Origin: an uncultured Clostridia bacterium
Lineage (GTDB): Bacteria; Bacillota; Clostridia; Christensenellales; UBA1242
Assembly: GCA_945919375.1 (NCBI GenBank)
Contig: CAMEJD010000007.1
Coordinates: 4,455-68,454, forward strand
Direction: 5' to 3'
DNA length: 64,000 nucleotides
Positions 1-7,662 of the stretch are shown in pieces (the stretch's first letter is position 1; the number at the start of each line of letters is the position of its first letter). The notes beneath the pieces were generated by a model. The model ran no database searches, was not told where the DNA came from, and was given only the letters and a program-made list of their open reading frames with translations. The position numbers were made by a program, and so were the translations under genes.

Positions 1-58
1 CATAAAAAATGTTGAAATTTAACTTATTAAAATAAATAATAAAAAAATAATTTACTTT

Positions 59-634
59 TTGTCGGTTTTTGTTGATTTTACAAGTTATATGAATGGCATA
101 TTTTATATTTATTTAGAATATTTTAATAAAGAAAACAATATTTTGGGAGTAAAAAATTTATTTATGGTATATGATGATGAAAAATTAAGCCCACAAATTT
201 ATGAAAAAATGGCAAAGGAATATTCAAAAACATTAAAACAAAATGTTAATGTTGCTTTATATAAAGAAGATGATATAATAAAAAAAGAAAATATTGAAAA
301 ATTAAATAATTATTATTTTAATATTTTTAATAATCTAACCATACTCAAAACATACAAAAAGAATATTTCACAAATTGACAATATTTTTTTAATGCTAAAA
401 GATTATGCAAAAAGTGTTGAGTGTGTTTTGAAAGATAAAAAGCAAAAGTGTTTTTTTACAAATTACTGCAATAATATTAGCGAGATAATAAAAGATTGTT
501 CAAAAAGCATAAAATTGCTTATTCTTCTTTGTGATTACAACACAAAAATTGACGCATCATCAGCAATCACAAGTCTTTGTGACATAATACGTAATGTTAA
601 TTATCTTTATGGAATATGTACATATAGACAATAA
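59..634 (+). CDS. hypothetical protein (N/K/I-rich, no recognisable motif)
   Basis: The ORF runs 59-634. The TTG at 59 is doubtful and the in-frame ATG at 89 (MNGIFYIY...) is the more likely start. A hairpin terminator follows at 636-666. Confidence 0.5.
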   Translation: MSVFVDFTSYMNGIFYIYLEYFNKENNILGVKNLFMVYDDEKLSPQIYEKMAKEYSKTLKQNVNVALYKEDDIIKKENIEKLNNYYFNIFNNLTILKTYKKNISQIDNIFLMLKDYAKSVECVLKDKKQKCFFTNYCNNISEIIKDCSKSIKLLILLCDYNTKIDASSAITSLCDIIRNVNYLYGICTYRQ

Positions 635-635
635 T

Positions 636-666
636 AAAAAAAATGCTAGAAACCTAGCATTTTTTG
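636..666. terminator. bidirectional intrinsic terminator between convergent genes
   Basis: The stem AATGCTAG (642-649) pairs with CTAGCATT (654-661). It is flanked by an A-run on one side and a T-run on the other, and sits between the stop of 59-634 (+) and the valS stop (-). Confidence 0.6.
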
Positions 667-668
667 TT

Positions 669-3080
669 TTATTCAGCATCTGGGATAATCTCACCAAATT
701 CCAATTTAAAGTCACCATCTTCAACTTCTAGGTTATTTATTGAACCTACTGCTTTTATATCAACTTCACATAACTTTATAAAGTCTTTATATTTTGAAGA
801 TACTTTAAGGTCTTTTATGAATGTCTTTAAGGAAATTTTGTTTTCACTCTTAAATTGTCTTATTCCACTTACGATTTGCATAACTTCATCGCCTGCTTTT
901 ACAAAATTTTCATCTTTTGCTTCCCCAAGATTCAAGTACCCAGAAACATGGATTGAAACTTGATTTTCTTTTTCTGCATAATAGTCTTGATAAATTTCTT
1001 CTGTTATATGTGGCATAAATGGAGCAAACATTTTTAATATTCCTAGCAATGTGTAATAACAAGCATATTTTGCACTTTCACATTCTTTTTCGCCATACAC
1101 ATCTGGGTTATATAATCTACGTTTTACAAGTTCAATATAGTCATCACAAAAATCCCAGAAAAATTTTTCTGCTTCACCAAGTCCTAAACAGATGTCATAT
1201 CTGTCAAGATTTTTGGCAAAACTTTTGAATACTTTTTTATATTTTTCCAAAATCCATTTGTCCATTGGCAACAAATCAATTTGTCTTGGTGTGTAATCAT
1301 ATAAGAAAGACAAAACAAATTTTGACGCATTCCAAATTTTGTTTGCAAGTTTTTTGCCAGCATCAAAACTTTCAAGAGAAAAGCAAGTATCCTTTCCAAG
1401 AGATAGATTATTTGCCCAATATCTTGTTACATCGGCACTATATTGTGCAATTATGTCTTGTGGAGCATTTTTATTGTTTCCACTCTTTTTGCTTAACTTA
1501 CTGCCATCGGCACTTGTTACATAGCCTGAAATCATAAGGTCAGTCCAAGGCAATTTCCCAAAATGATATAAACTTTTTACAATTGTATAAAAGTCCCAAA
1601 CACGAATATTATCGTGAGCATTTGGTCTAAGACTCATTGGAATCATTGTGTCATCAAGACCTTTTCCGGTTATTAAATCGGTTGAGATTTGTGGGGTTAA
1701 ACTGCTTGTTGCCCAAGTGTCCATAACATCATGTTCTGGTTCCCAATCACATTCGCCACATTCACATTTTACTGTTGGAAGTTTTGACAATGGATTTACA
1801 GGGAGTTCACTTTCATCGGCAACATGAACCTTTCCACAATGTTTACAATACCAAACTGGGAATGGAACGCCATAATATCTTTGACGAGATATACACCAAT
1901 TCCATTGCAAGTTTTCTACCCAATTTAGATATCTTGCACGCATTGTTTCTGGGTGCCAATTAAGTTTCATACCTGCATCATACAATTCTTGTTTGTGAGA
2001 TAAAACGTCAATGAACCATTGCTTTTTAACGACAATTTCAATTGGAGTCCCACATCTTTCATGTGTTGAAACTGCGTGTGTTAACTCTTCTTGTTTAATA
2101 AGTAAATCGTTTTCTTTTAATTTTTCAATAATAGCAAGTCTTGCATCTTTAATTTTCATTCCTTCAAATTCGCCTGCAAGTTTTGTCATTCTTCCTGCAT
2201 TATTGAAAGCTTCCTTTATTTCAAGATTATGTTTTCTTTGCCATTCTTTATCAACAGTATCTCCAAAAGTACAGCACATAACGACTCCGCTACCTTTTTC
2301 TAGGTCAACAAGTTCATCAGTGAGAACTGGAACGGTAAAATTGAAATATGGTACAACAAGTTTTTTGCCCAAAAGATATAAATTTTTTTCATCTTTTGGA
2401 TTGATGAAAACACAATCACAAGCTGGCAACATTTCTGGTCTTGTTGTTGCAACAGTAACATATTCATTTGTTCCTTCAATAAAGAATTTGATATAGTTGA
2501 ATGTGCTTGCAATATCTTGATTTTCAAGTTCGCTTTGTGCAACTGCTGTTCGGCATTCGGTGCACCAAAGTGCTGGTGCTTCTTGATGATATATCAAACC
2601 TTTTTTGTAAAGTTCAATAAATGATTTCTGAGAAATTGCTTGTGAACGTTTTGAAATTGACGAATAGTTATTATCCAAATCACAAGAAAATCCTGCTGAC
2701 TTATATAGTGCATGGAATTCCTTTTCTAGTTCCTTTGTTGTTTCAAGGCACATATCTGTGAACTTTTCTCTATCGAGTTCAAAAGCACGTTTGTTATACT
2801 TCTTTTCAACATATCTTTCTGTTGGAAGTCCATTATCGTCAAATCCAAGTGGGAAGAATACATTTTCACCTTTCATTCTATGGTGTCTTGCCATTGTTTC
2901 GATATGCATATATGATGACAAATGTCCCATATGTATTTTTCCATTAACTGTTGGTGGTGGTGTATCTATGGCATAAACTGGTTTTTTTGAATTTTTGTCA
3001 AACTTAAAAATTTGTTTTTCTTGCCAATAGTCTTGCCATTTTTTTTCTTTTTCTAAAAAATTATACTTTTTGTCTAGCAT
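669..3080 (-). CDS. valS: valine--tRNA ligase (archaeal-like/short type, no C-terminal coiled coil evident)
   Basis: The class I aaRS motifs are present: 'DTPPPTVNGKIHMGH' (HIGH), 'KLSKKSGN' (KMSKS), the editing-domain motif 'ATTRPEMLP' and 'FPLGFDDNGLPTE'. I moved the start to the ATG at 3080 (MLDKKYNF), which is preceded by AGGAGA. The 19-aa N-terminal extension in the ORF track overlaps a promoter-like element. Confidence 0.9.
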   Translation of the reverse strand: MLDKKYNFLEKEKKWQDYWQEKQIFKFDKNSKKPVYAIDTPPPTVNGKIHMGHLSSYMHIETMARHHRMKGENVFFPLGFDDNGLPTERYVEKKYNKRAFELDREKFTDMCLETTKELEKEFHALYKSAGFSCDLDNNYSSISKRSQAISQKSFIELYKKGLIYHQEAPALWCTECRTAVAQSELENQDIASTFNYIKFFIEGTNEYVTVATTRPEMLPACDCVFINPKDEKNLYLLGKKLVVPYFNFTVPVLTDELVDLEKGSGVVMCCTFGDTVDKEWQRKHNLEIKEAFNNAGRMTKLAGEFEGMKIKDARLAIIEKLKENDLLIKQEELTHAVSTHERCGTPIEIVVKKQWFIDVLSHKQELYDAGMKLNWHPETMRARYLNWVENLQWNWCISRQRYYGVPFPVWYCKHCGKVHVADESELPVNPLSKLPTVKCECGECDWEPEHDVMDTWATSSLTPQISTDLITGKGLDDTMIPMSLRPNAHDNIRVWDFYTIVKSLYHFGKLPWTDLMISGYVTSADGSKLSKKSGNNKNAPQDIIAQYSADVTRYWANNLSLGKDTCFSLESFDAGKKLANKIWNASKFVLSFLYDYTPRQIDLLPMDKWILEKYKKVFKSFAKNLDRYDICLGLGEAEKFFWDFCDDYIELVKRRLYNPDVYGEKECESAKYACYYTLLGILKMFAPFMPHITEEIYQDYYAEKENQVSIHVSGYLNLGEAKDENFVKAGDEVMQIVSGIRQFKSENKISLKTFIKDLKVSSKYKDFIKLCEVDIKAVGSINNLEVEDGDFKLEFGEIIPDAE

Positions 3081-3108
3081 TTTTTCTCCTAAATAATTAA
3101 CATTACTA

Positions 3109-3137
3109 AATATATAACAATATACAAGCATTGTCAA
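3109..3137 (-). promoter_or_regulatory. sigma-70-like promoter candidate for valS
   Basis: Read on the minus strand the element is TTGACA (3137-3132), a 17-nt spacer, then TATATT (3114-3109). It lies about 25 nt upstream of the valS SD. Confidence 0.45.
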
Positions 3138-3162
3138 ATCTTTTATAAAAATCTATTCTATC

Positions 3163-3197
3163 AAAAACAAAAAAACTCCAACATTGTTGGAGATTTT
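3163..3197 (-). terminator. intrinsic terminator (minus strand)
   Basis: On the minus strand the 7-bp stem CTCCAAC/GTTGGAG is followed by TTTTTTTGTTTTT. It closes an ORF-free stretch of about 270 nt upstream of the valS promoter. Confidence 0.6.
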
Positions 3198-3460
3198 GTG
3201 CCATATATTTTACATATATTCAACATTAGTGCTTGCAAAAATTGCGTCATCCAAAAAGTCTAAATACAACATATTAAACCCGTCTTGTAACTTGATATAC
3301 CAAAGCAAGAGTAGAACTTTTTGTATTCCCTAACAATATGTTATCAAGTGTTGAGCGTTGAATGCAACTATCTTTTGAAAATTTGTACAAAGATAAATTT
3401 CAAGAAAAAATAAAAATATATCAAACAAATTTAATTTGGAAAAAATATCATTTTATACGC

Positions 3461-3507
3461 ATAAAAAAGGTGCTGAAGCCTTTATTGAAAAAGGGTTCAA
3501 CACCTTT
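3461..3507 (-). terminator. intrinsic terminator (minus strand), likely for the 292-aa gene
   Basis: A 14-bp stem forms between 3467-3480 and 3493-3506 with one mismatch and one G-U pair. On the minus strand it is followed by TTTTTT. Confidence 0.6.
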
Positions 3508-3644
3508 GATTGTTATGATTATTGCATTTATTTTATTGATTATATTGGTAATTTTTCAAATTGTTATTTGATTAATTATTCAATAATTAATAATAAAAAC
3601 ATTTATTTTATTTTTAATAATTGCGATAAATATTTTGTATTACA

Positions 3645-4523
3645 TTAAATTTTTGGAATCAATACAAAATATATTTTTCCGTCTTTTAATTCAAAGTTAT
3701 AATCCTTTACATCAAGAGTTTTTAAGGAATATGCAAAGCCTTTATGTGTGTCATCATAACCAATAAGTCCATCAATAAATGCTTGACCTATTTTTACATT
3801 AAGTTCTTCACTTGTTCCTATTTTTGTCACTGCATTAAGTGACTTTACAAAATCTTTTGTTTGTTCACTATTAAGATTACTTATTGCAAAATCTTTGCTT
3901 GTGACTTGATAAGTAAACTCACCATCTAATTTTTTTACATCCACTGTTGAAGAAAAATACATAGTGTCGGGAACTTTCTTTGCAACATAACTCATTGGGA
4001 AAGATTTCCAATCTGCTTTTATGGTACTTAAATCAATTCTTACAACGATATTTATTGTTGTAGTTTTTGTTTCTTCATCCAATTTTACAAAACTAACTTG
4101 GACTAAATTTACATTTATTGTTTTGTCACCTATTGTAACTTGTGCAGTTGTTGAACCTTGATTAAGTAATGTGTTCAAAATTGCTCCACATTGCTTGTCT
4201 GTTAAATTCATATTCTTAAGTGCCAAAGGTGCTGACATTCCATCACCGATTTTGTATGTGGCATTTGTTTCATCATAAGTTATAAGACCTAACATATGCT
4301 CATCAGCAACTTGTTTTGCACTTGCCATATCTTCTTTTGAAAATTTATTTTTGTACATTTCATCTTCATTAACTTGTTTGCTTAATATGTTTACTTCACT
4401 GATTAGTGCAAATGGGTTTATATCATACTTTATTTTTACAAAAAGGAAAACACCACCAACTAAAAGTGCGACAACTATTGCCAAACTTAAAATAATTTTA
4501 AAAATCCATTTCAAAACTTTCAT
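3645..4523 (-). CDS. membrane-anchored hypothetical protein
   Basis: The 292-aa ORF has an N-terminal TM helix 'IFKIILSLAIVVALLVGGVFLFV'. The rest is hydrophilic and has no motif I recognise. Confidence 0.6.
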   Translation of the reverse strand: MKVLKWIFKIILSLAIVVALLVGGVFLFVKIKYDINPFALISEVNILSKQVNEDEMYKNKFSKEDMASAKQVADEHMLGLITYDETNATYKIGDGMSAPLALKNMNLTDKQCGAILNTLLNQGSTTAQVTIGDKTINVNLVQVSFVKLDEETKTTTINIVVRIDLSTIKADWKSFPMSYVAKKVPDTMYFSSTVDVKKLDGEFTYQVTSKDFAISNLNSEQTKDFVKSLNAVTKIGTSEELNVKIGQAFIDGLIGYDDTHKGFAYSLKTLDVKDYNFELKDGKIYFVLIPKI

Positions 4524-4594
4524 TCTTACCTCACCTTTTATGTTACCATATTACTATATTCAAAATAAAATGTAAAGATTATTTTTAATTTGAC

Positions 4595-4624
4595 TTGACT
4601 TTATGTATCTATATGTAATATAAT
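4595..4624 (+). promoter_or_regulatory. strong sigma-70-like promoter upstream of the tRNA-Arg region
   Basis: The element is TTGACT (4595-4600; an overlapping second TTGACT sits at 4590-4595), an 18-nt spacer, then TATAAT (4619-4624). Confidence 0.5.
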
Positions 4625-4736
4625 CATCACGATGGTTTTTGCTATCACATATTTAATATGCGCCCATAGCAAAACTAAAAGCATATAACCTTTGGTTCCT
4701 TTGTGGTTTAAACAAAGAACAAGTATAATTTAATAT

Positions 4737-4778
4737 GCGCCCATAGCTCAACTGGATAGAGCGTTGGTCTACGGAACC
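4737..4778 (+). pseudogene. truncated tRNA-Arg(ACG) 5' fragment (nt 1-42)
   Basis: This fragment is identical to 4944-4985 of the intact gene. It ends after the 3' strand of the anticodon stem and lacks the variable loop, the T-arm and the acceptor 3' strand. A TATAAT box sits at 4724-4729. Confidence 0.85.
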
Positions 4779-4889
4779 TGCTCGACTTTGTGTGTTTGTT
4801 TGCTTTGTTTTGATTTTACAAATCAAAACTTCGCTGTGTCACACACAGTCTACGCTCCCCAAAAACGATTTTCGTTTTCGGGGTCCCCG
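4779..4889 (+). ncRNA. candidate structured RNA / insert of unknown origin fused to the truncated tRNA
   Basis: Stems drawn by hand are as follows. An outer 10-bp stem pairs 4784-4795 with 4841-4850 and has a 2-nt bulge. A perfect 9-bp hairpin pairs 4807-4815 with 4821-4829. An 11-bp hairpin pairs 4857-4867 with 4873-4883 and has one mismatch. The segment is locally GC-richer than its flanks. The only ORF over it (4839-5042, minus strand) overlaps the tRNA and is spurious. Confidence 0.25.
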
Positions 4890-4943
4890 ATATAACCTTT
4901 GGTTCCTTTGTGGTTTAAACAAAGAACAAGTACAATTTAATAT

Positions 4944-5020
4944 GCGCCCATAGCTCAACTGGATAGAGCGTTGGTCTACGGAACCAAAGGTTGGGGATTC
5001 GAACTCCTCTGGGCGCACCA
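4944..5020 (+). tRNA. tRNA-Arg (anticodon ACG)
   Basis: The 77-nt gene folds as a cloverleaf. The acceptor pairs GCGCCCA with TGGGCGC. The anticodon stem pairs TTGGT with ACCAA around the loop CTACGGA. The T-arm is GGGGATTCGAACTCC, and CCA is encoded. Confidence 0.95.
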
Positions 5021-5026
5021 GATTGG

Positions 5027-5063
5027 ACTCAGTTACTCGCAAAAGTTTTAACTGAGTTTTTTA
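5027..5063 (+). terminator. intrinsic terminator after tRNA-Arg
   Basis: The stem ACTCAGTTA (5027-5035) pairs with TAACTGAGT (5049-5057) and is followed by TTTTT. Confidence 0.7.
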
Positions 5064-5079
5064 TTAGGAGTTTTGATTA

Positions 5080-5520
5080 GTGAAAAATGTTACTATATAC
5101 ACAGATGGTGCTTGCTCTGGAAACCCCGGCAAAGGCGGTTGGGGTTGTGTTTTGATGTATAACGAACACAAAAAAGAAGAAAGCGGTTATGAAGAAAACA
5201 CAACAAACAATCGTATGGAACTTACTGCTGTTATAAAAGCACTTGAAATGTTAAAAGAACCATGCAATGTTGACATATATTCCGACTCTGCATATGTTGT
5301 TAATGCATTTTTGGAAAAATGGATAGAAAAATGGCAAATAATGGGCTGGAAAACTGCAAATAAAAAACCTGTTCAAAATGTTGAACTTTGGCAACAACTT
5401 TTGGACTTGATGTCAAAACATAAAATCACTTGGCATAAAGTGAAAGGTCATGCCGACAATGAATATAACAACAGGTGTGATTTCTTGGCAACAAGTGCAA
5501 TTGCAAATCATCAAAATTAA
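5080..5520 (+). CDS. rnhA: ribonuclease HI
   Basis: The RNase H motifs are present: 'IYTDGACSGNPGKGGWG', 'NNRMELTA', 'IYSDSAYV' and 'GHADNEYNNRCD'. The start is GTG, preceded by AGGAG. Confidence 0.9.
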   Translation: MKNVTIYTDGACSGNPGKGGWGCVLMYNEHKKEESGYEENTTNNRMELTAVIKALEMLKEPCNVDIYSDSAYVVNAFLEKWIEKWQIMGWKTANKKPVQNVELWQQLLDLMSKHKITWHKVKGHADNEYNNRCDFLATSAIANHQN

Positions 5521-5526
5521 GCAAAA

Positions 5527-5564
5527 AAAAGACAATCGAGAAATCTCTTTTGTCTTGTTTTTTA
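5527..5564. terminator. bidirectional terminator between rnhA and the LRR gene
   Basis: The stem AAGACAA..TTGTCTT has an inner GAG/CTC pairing. An A-run lies upstream and GTTTTTT downstream. Confidence 0.55.
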
Positions 5565-7277
5565 TTATTCTTTTGAAGGTCCTTTTTGACTATCAACATA
5601 TGTTATCGCACAGTTTGGTTCGTTTAATGATGTTCTTGACCCTAAACACGCATTCCTTTTTATTGTTACATTTCTTAGTGAATTGCTATTACTAAAAAAG
5701 CAACTACCAATTTTTTCTATATAAGGCATATATAGTGATGTTAAAGTTTGATTTTGTTCAAAACAATAGTCCCCTATTTCCTTTACATTTGCAATGTTAA
5801 GTTTTTCAAGGGAATTGTTATAGCACAAACATGAACTCATAATAATCTCTGCATTTGGCAAATATAGTTCTTTGATTGTTTTGTTATTGAATAAAAAGTT
5901 ATAACCAATCAATTTCGCACTAGGCAAAAATACTACTTTTAGGCTATCATTATCTTTTAAAAATCTTGAACCAATATATTGAAGTTTTGGCAAATTGACT
6001 TGTGATATTGATTTATTAAAAGCAATAAAATCGTTTTCTACCATATTTAGTTCCGGCAAATCAATTTCTGTCAAACTTTCGTTAAACTCCAAGAACTGAC
6101 TTCCAATATGTTTTACATTTTTTGCACAAAGAGTTTTTAATAAAACATTTTTATATAAGCAAAAATTACCTATTTTTTCAACATTTGGAACATCAAAAAC
6201 TTCCATTCTGTTGTTATGCATTAAAAACTCGTTTCCAATTTCTTTTACATTGCTATTATGGTATTCAACAAAATGGTTTTCTCTGTCTGCCACAATAGTA
6301 ATATTTTCGCCATCTTTAGGTGTTATTGTGATTACTTTACGTTTATCTTTATCTACAGTAACCTTCATATCTTTAATGGTTCCAATGCTATTCAAAAATG
6401 AATCGTTACTTCTTGGCACATCCATTTTTAGAATAGTTTTTTTTGAAAAATCAAACAAATAGTTTTCAACTAACAAATATTGTGCTTTGTCAAAATTTTC
6501 TATTTCCCCATTGTCATAAATTACATAATTATTTTCACAGAAAATTTTGCCGTCAAGTTCCAATATCTTTTTATAAGTTTTCCCATTACTTGCTGTTACA
6601 TATCCATCAATAAAGAAATCTTTGTTTGATGATATATCAACATTAAGATTAAACTCTTTTTTAAAAGCGTCCGTAAGCCCCGGAATGATATTATCAAGAT
6701 TATTACCAAAGGTTGCATCTGGGTTTGCCACTTTGTGATTATATCTGTTTTTTATAGATAAAACACAACTTTTCCCTCTTGTAAATTGAATGCTTATAAC
6801 ACTTGTTCCATATTCATCTTGTCTCTGTGGATTAGAAAAATTTTCTCTCTTGATTTTTTCTACATCTTTTTTTATTGCAAACCAAACACGACAAGAATTA
6901 AGTCTGCCACCTAAAAAAGTGCAAAGTTCTTCTCCATATGCATAGTACTTAAAATATGATTGAATGTCTTGTTCTGTTTTACATTCTGGGCACAAAATAT
7001 ACCCTGCATCGTCCAAAAGTTCTTGTGGAGTTTTATCTGTTTTTATCCCTTGTTTTTGCTTAACTCTTGAATTAAAAACATTTATAATATAATTTCTAAA
7101 TGCTTCTTTGTTTGGCAAAATATCACGATACAAAGTGCTTACTTCATCAAATTTGCTAGAAATGATATCTACAAGCATACCTGGATATTCCAAAATGCTT
7201 GGAAAACACTCTCTACAAAGTTTTGCAAAGTGTTCACCATAGTGCTTTTTTATATATTTTAAATCTGGATTATCCAT
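5565..7277 (-). CDS. BspA-type leucine-rich-repeat protein with an unrecognised ~310-aa N-terminal domain; no signal peptide
   Basis: The C-terminal half carries about ten repeats of 22-24 aa of the type 'VKEIGNEFLMHNNRMEVFDVPN / VEKIGNFCLYKNVLLKTLCAKN / VKHIGSQFLEFNESLTEIDLPE'. I set the start at ATG 7277 (MDNPDLKY), which follows AGGAGA and overlaps the stop of the upstream ORF. Confidence 0.75.
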   Translation of the reverse strand: MDNPDLKYIKKHYGEHFAKLCRECFPSILEYPGMLVDIISSKFDEVSTLYRDILPNKEAFRNYIINVFNSRVKQKQGIKTDKTPQELLDDAGYILCPECKTEQDIQSYFKYYAYGEELCTFLGGRLNSCRVWFAIKKDVEKIKRENFSNPQRQDEYGTSVISIQFTRGKSCVLSIKNRYNHKVANPDATFGNNLDNIIPGLTDAFKKEFNLNVDISSNKDFFIDGYVTASNGKTYKKILELDGKIFCENNYVIYDNGEIENFDKAQYLLVENYLFDFSKKTILKMDVPRSNDSFLNSIGTIKDMKVTVDKDKRKVITITPKDGENITIVADRENHFVEYHNSNVKEIGNEFLMHNNRMEVFDVPNVEKIGNFCLYKNVLLKTLCAKNVKHIGSQFLEFNESLTEIDLPELNMVENDFIAFNKSISQVNLPKLQYIGSRFLKDNDSLKVVFLPSAKLIGYNFLFNNKTIKELYLPNAEIIMSSCLCYNNSLEKLNIANVKEIGDYCFEQNQTLTSLYMPYIEKIGSCFFSNSNSLRNVTIKRNACLGSRTSLNEPNCAITYVDSQKGPSKE

Positions 7278-7560
7278 ATATTCTCCTAAGGAGTGTTCTT
7301 CCATTTTTGTTTTCTAGCATTGCAAAGTCAACTTTTTCTTTTTCACTGTACTCGCTATTTTTTGCCGGTTTGAATGCATATGGTTGGCAATATCCTTCAT
7401 ACTTTTCATCAAGCAAATTTTCGCTTAATGAAATTTTGTCACCAACAATCGGAGCATTCATAAAATAAAATTCAAAAATCATGTTATAAATTTTATTATT
7501 TTTTTTATCAAAGCAACTATATGTTATGCCATCAAATTTTTTTATTTCCAATATAACCAT
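7270..7560 (-). CDS. hypothetical 96-aa protein, translationally coupled to the LRR gene
   Basis: An ATG at 7560 is preceded by AAGGTG. The stop TAA (7272-7270) overlaps the ATG of the downstream gene in the sequence ATGGATAA. Confidence 0.55.
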   Translation of the reverse strand: MVILEIKKFDGITYSCFDKKNNKIYNMIFEFYFMNAPIVGDKISLSENLLDEKYEGYCQPYAFKPAKNSEYSEKEKVDFAMLENKNGRTLLRRIYG

Positions 7561-7662
7561 AATGCACCTTATCTATATATTTTTATATTACCATATTTAT
7601 ATTTTGTTTGCAAGATTAAGACAAAAAAATATATGTCTTACCATATATTTTTTACTGTTCTT

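Larger units (their letters stand above)
4683..4985 (+). repeat. tandem duplication (207-bp period) of the tRNA-Arg leader plus 5' 42 nt
   Basis: 4683-4778 equals 4890-4985 (96 nt) with a single mismatch (4726 T vs 4933 C). A third, 20-nt copy at 4651-4670 matches 4728-4747. Confidence 0.9.

Noticed and set aside
3163-3420. T-box riboswitch controlling valS
   Set aside because: The terminator and a possible GUU specifier context are present. However, I could not find the conserved T-box/antiterminator sequence (AGGGTGGTACCGCG-like, with the UGGN bulge on the 5' side), the AG-bay or the K-turn elements. A good promoter also lies between the terminator and valS. I kept the region as an unassigned segment rather than a T-box call.
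3362-3648. Two overlapping plus-strand ORFs (69 and 70 aa) in the valS upstream spacer
   Set aside because: Neither has a convincing SD. One contains the 3461-3507 terminator hairpin, and the hydrophobic tail is what AT-rich T-runs translate into.
4737-5020. tRNA-Arg gene interrupted by an intron (group I or II)
   Set aside because: The sequence after the break contains a second full copy of the leader and 5' half rather than a contiguous 3' exon. The 111-nt insert is far too short and lacks recognisable group I (P-Q-R-S) or group II (domain V) features.
4839-5042. 67-aa minus-strand ORF
   Set aside because: It lies antisense across the intact tRNA-Arg and the hairpin-rich insert, and it has no SD. 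It is an ORF-caller artefact.
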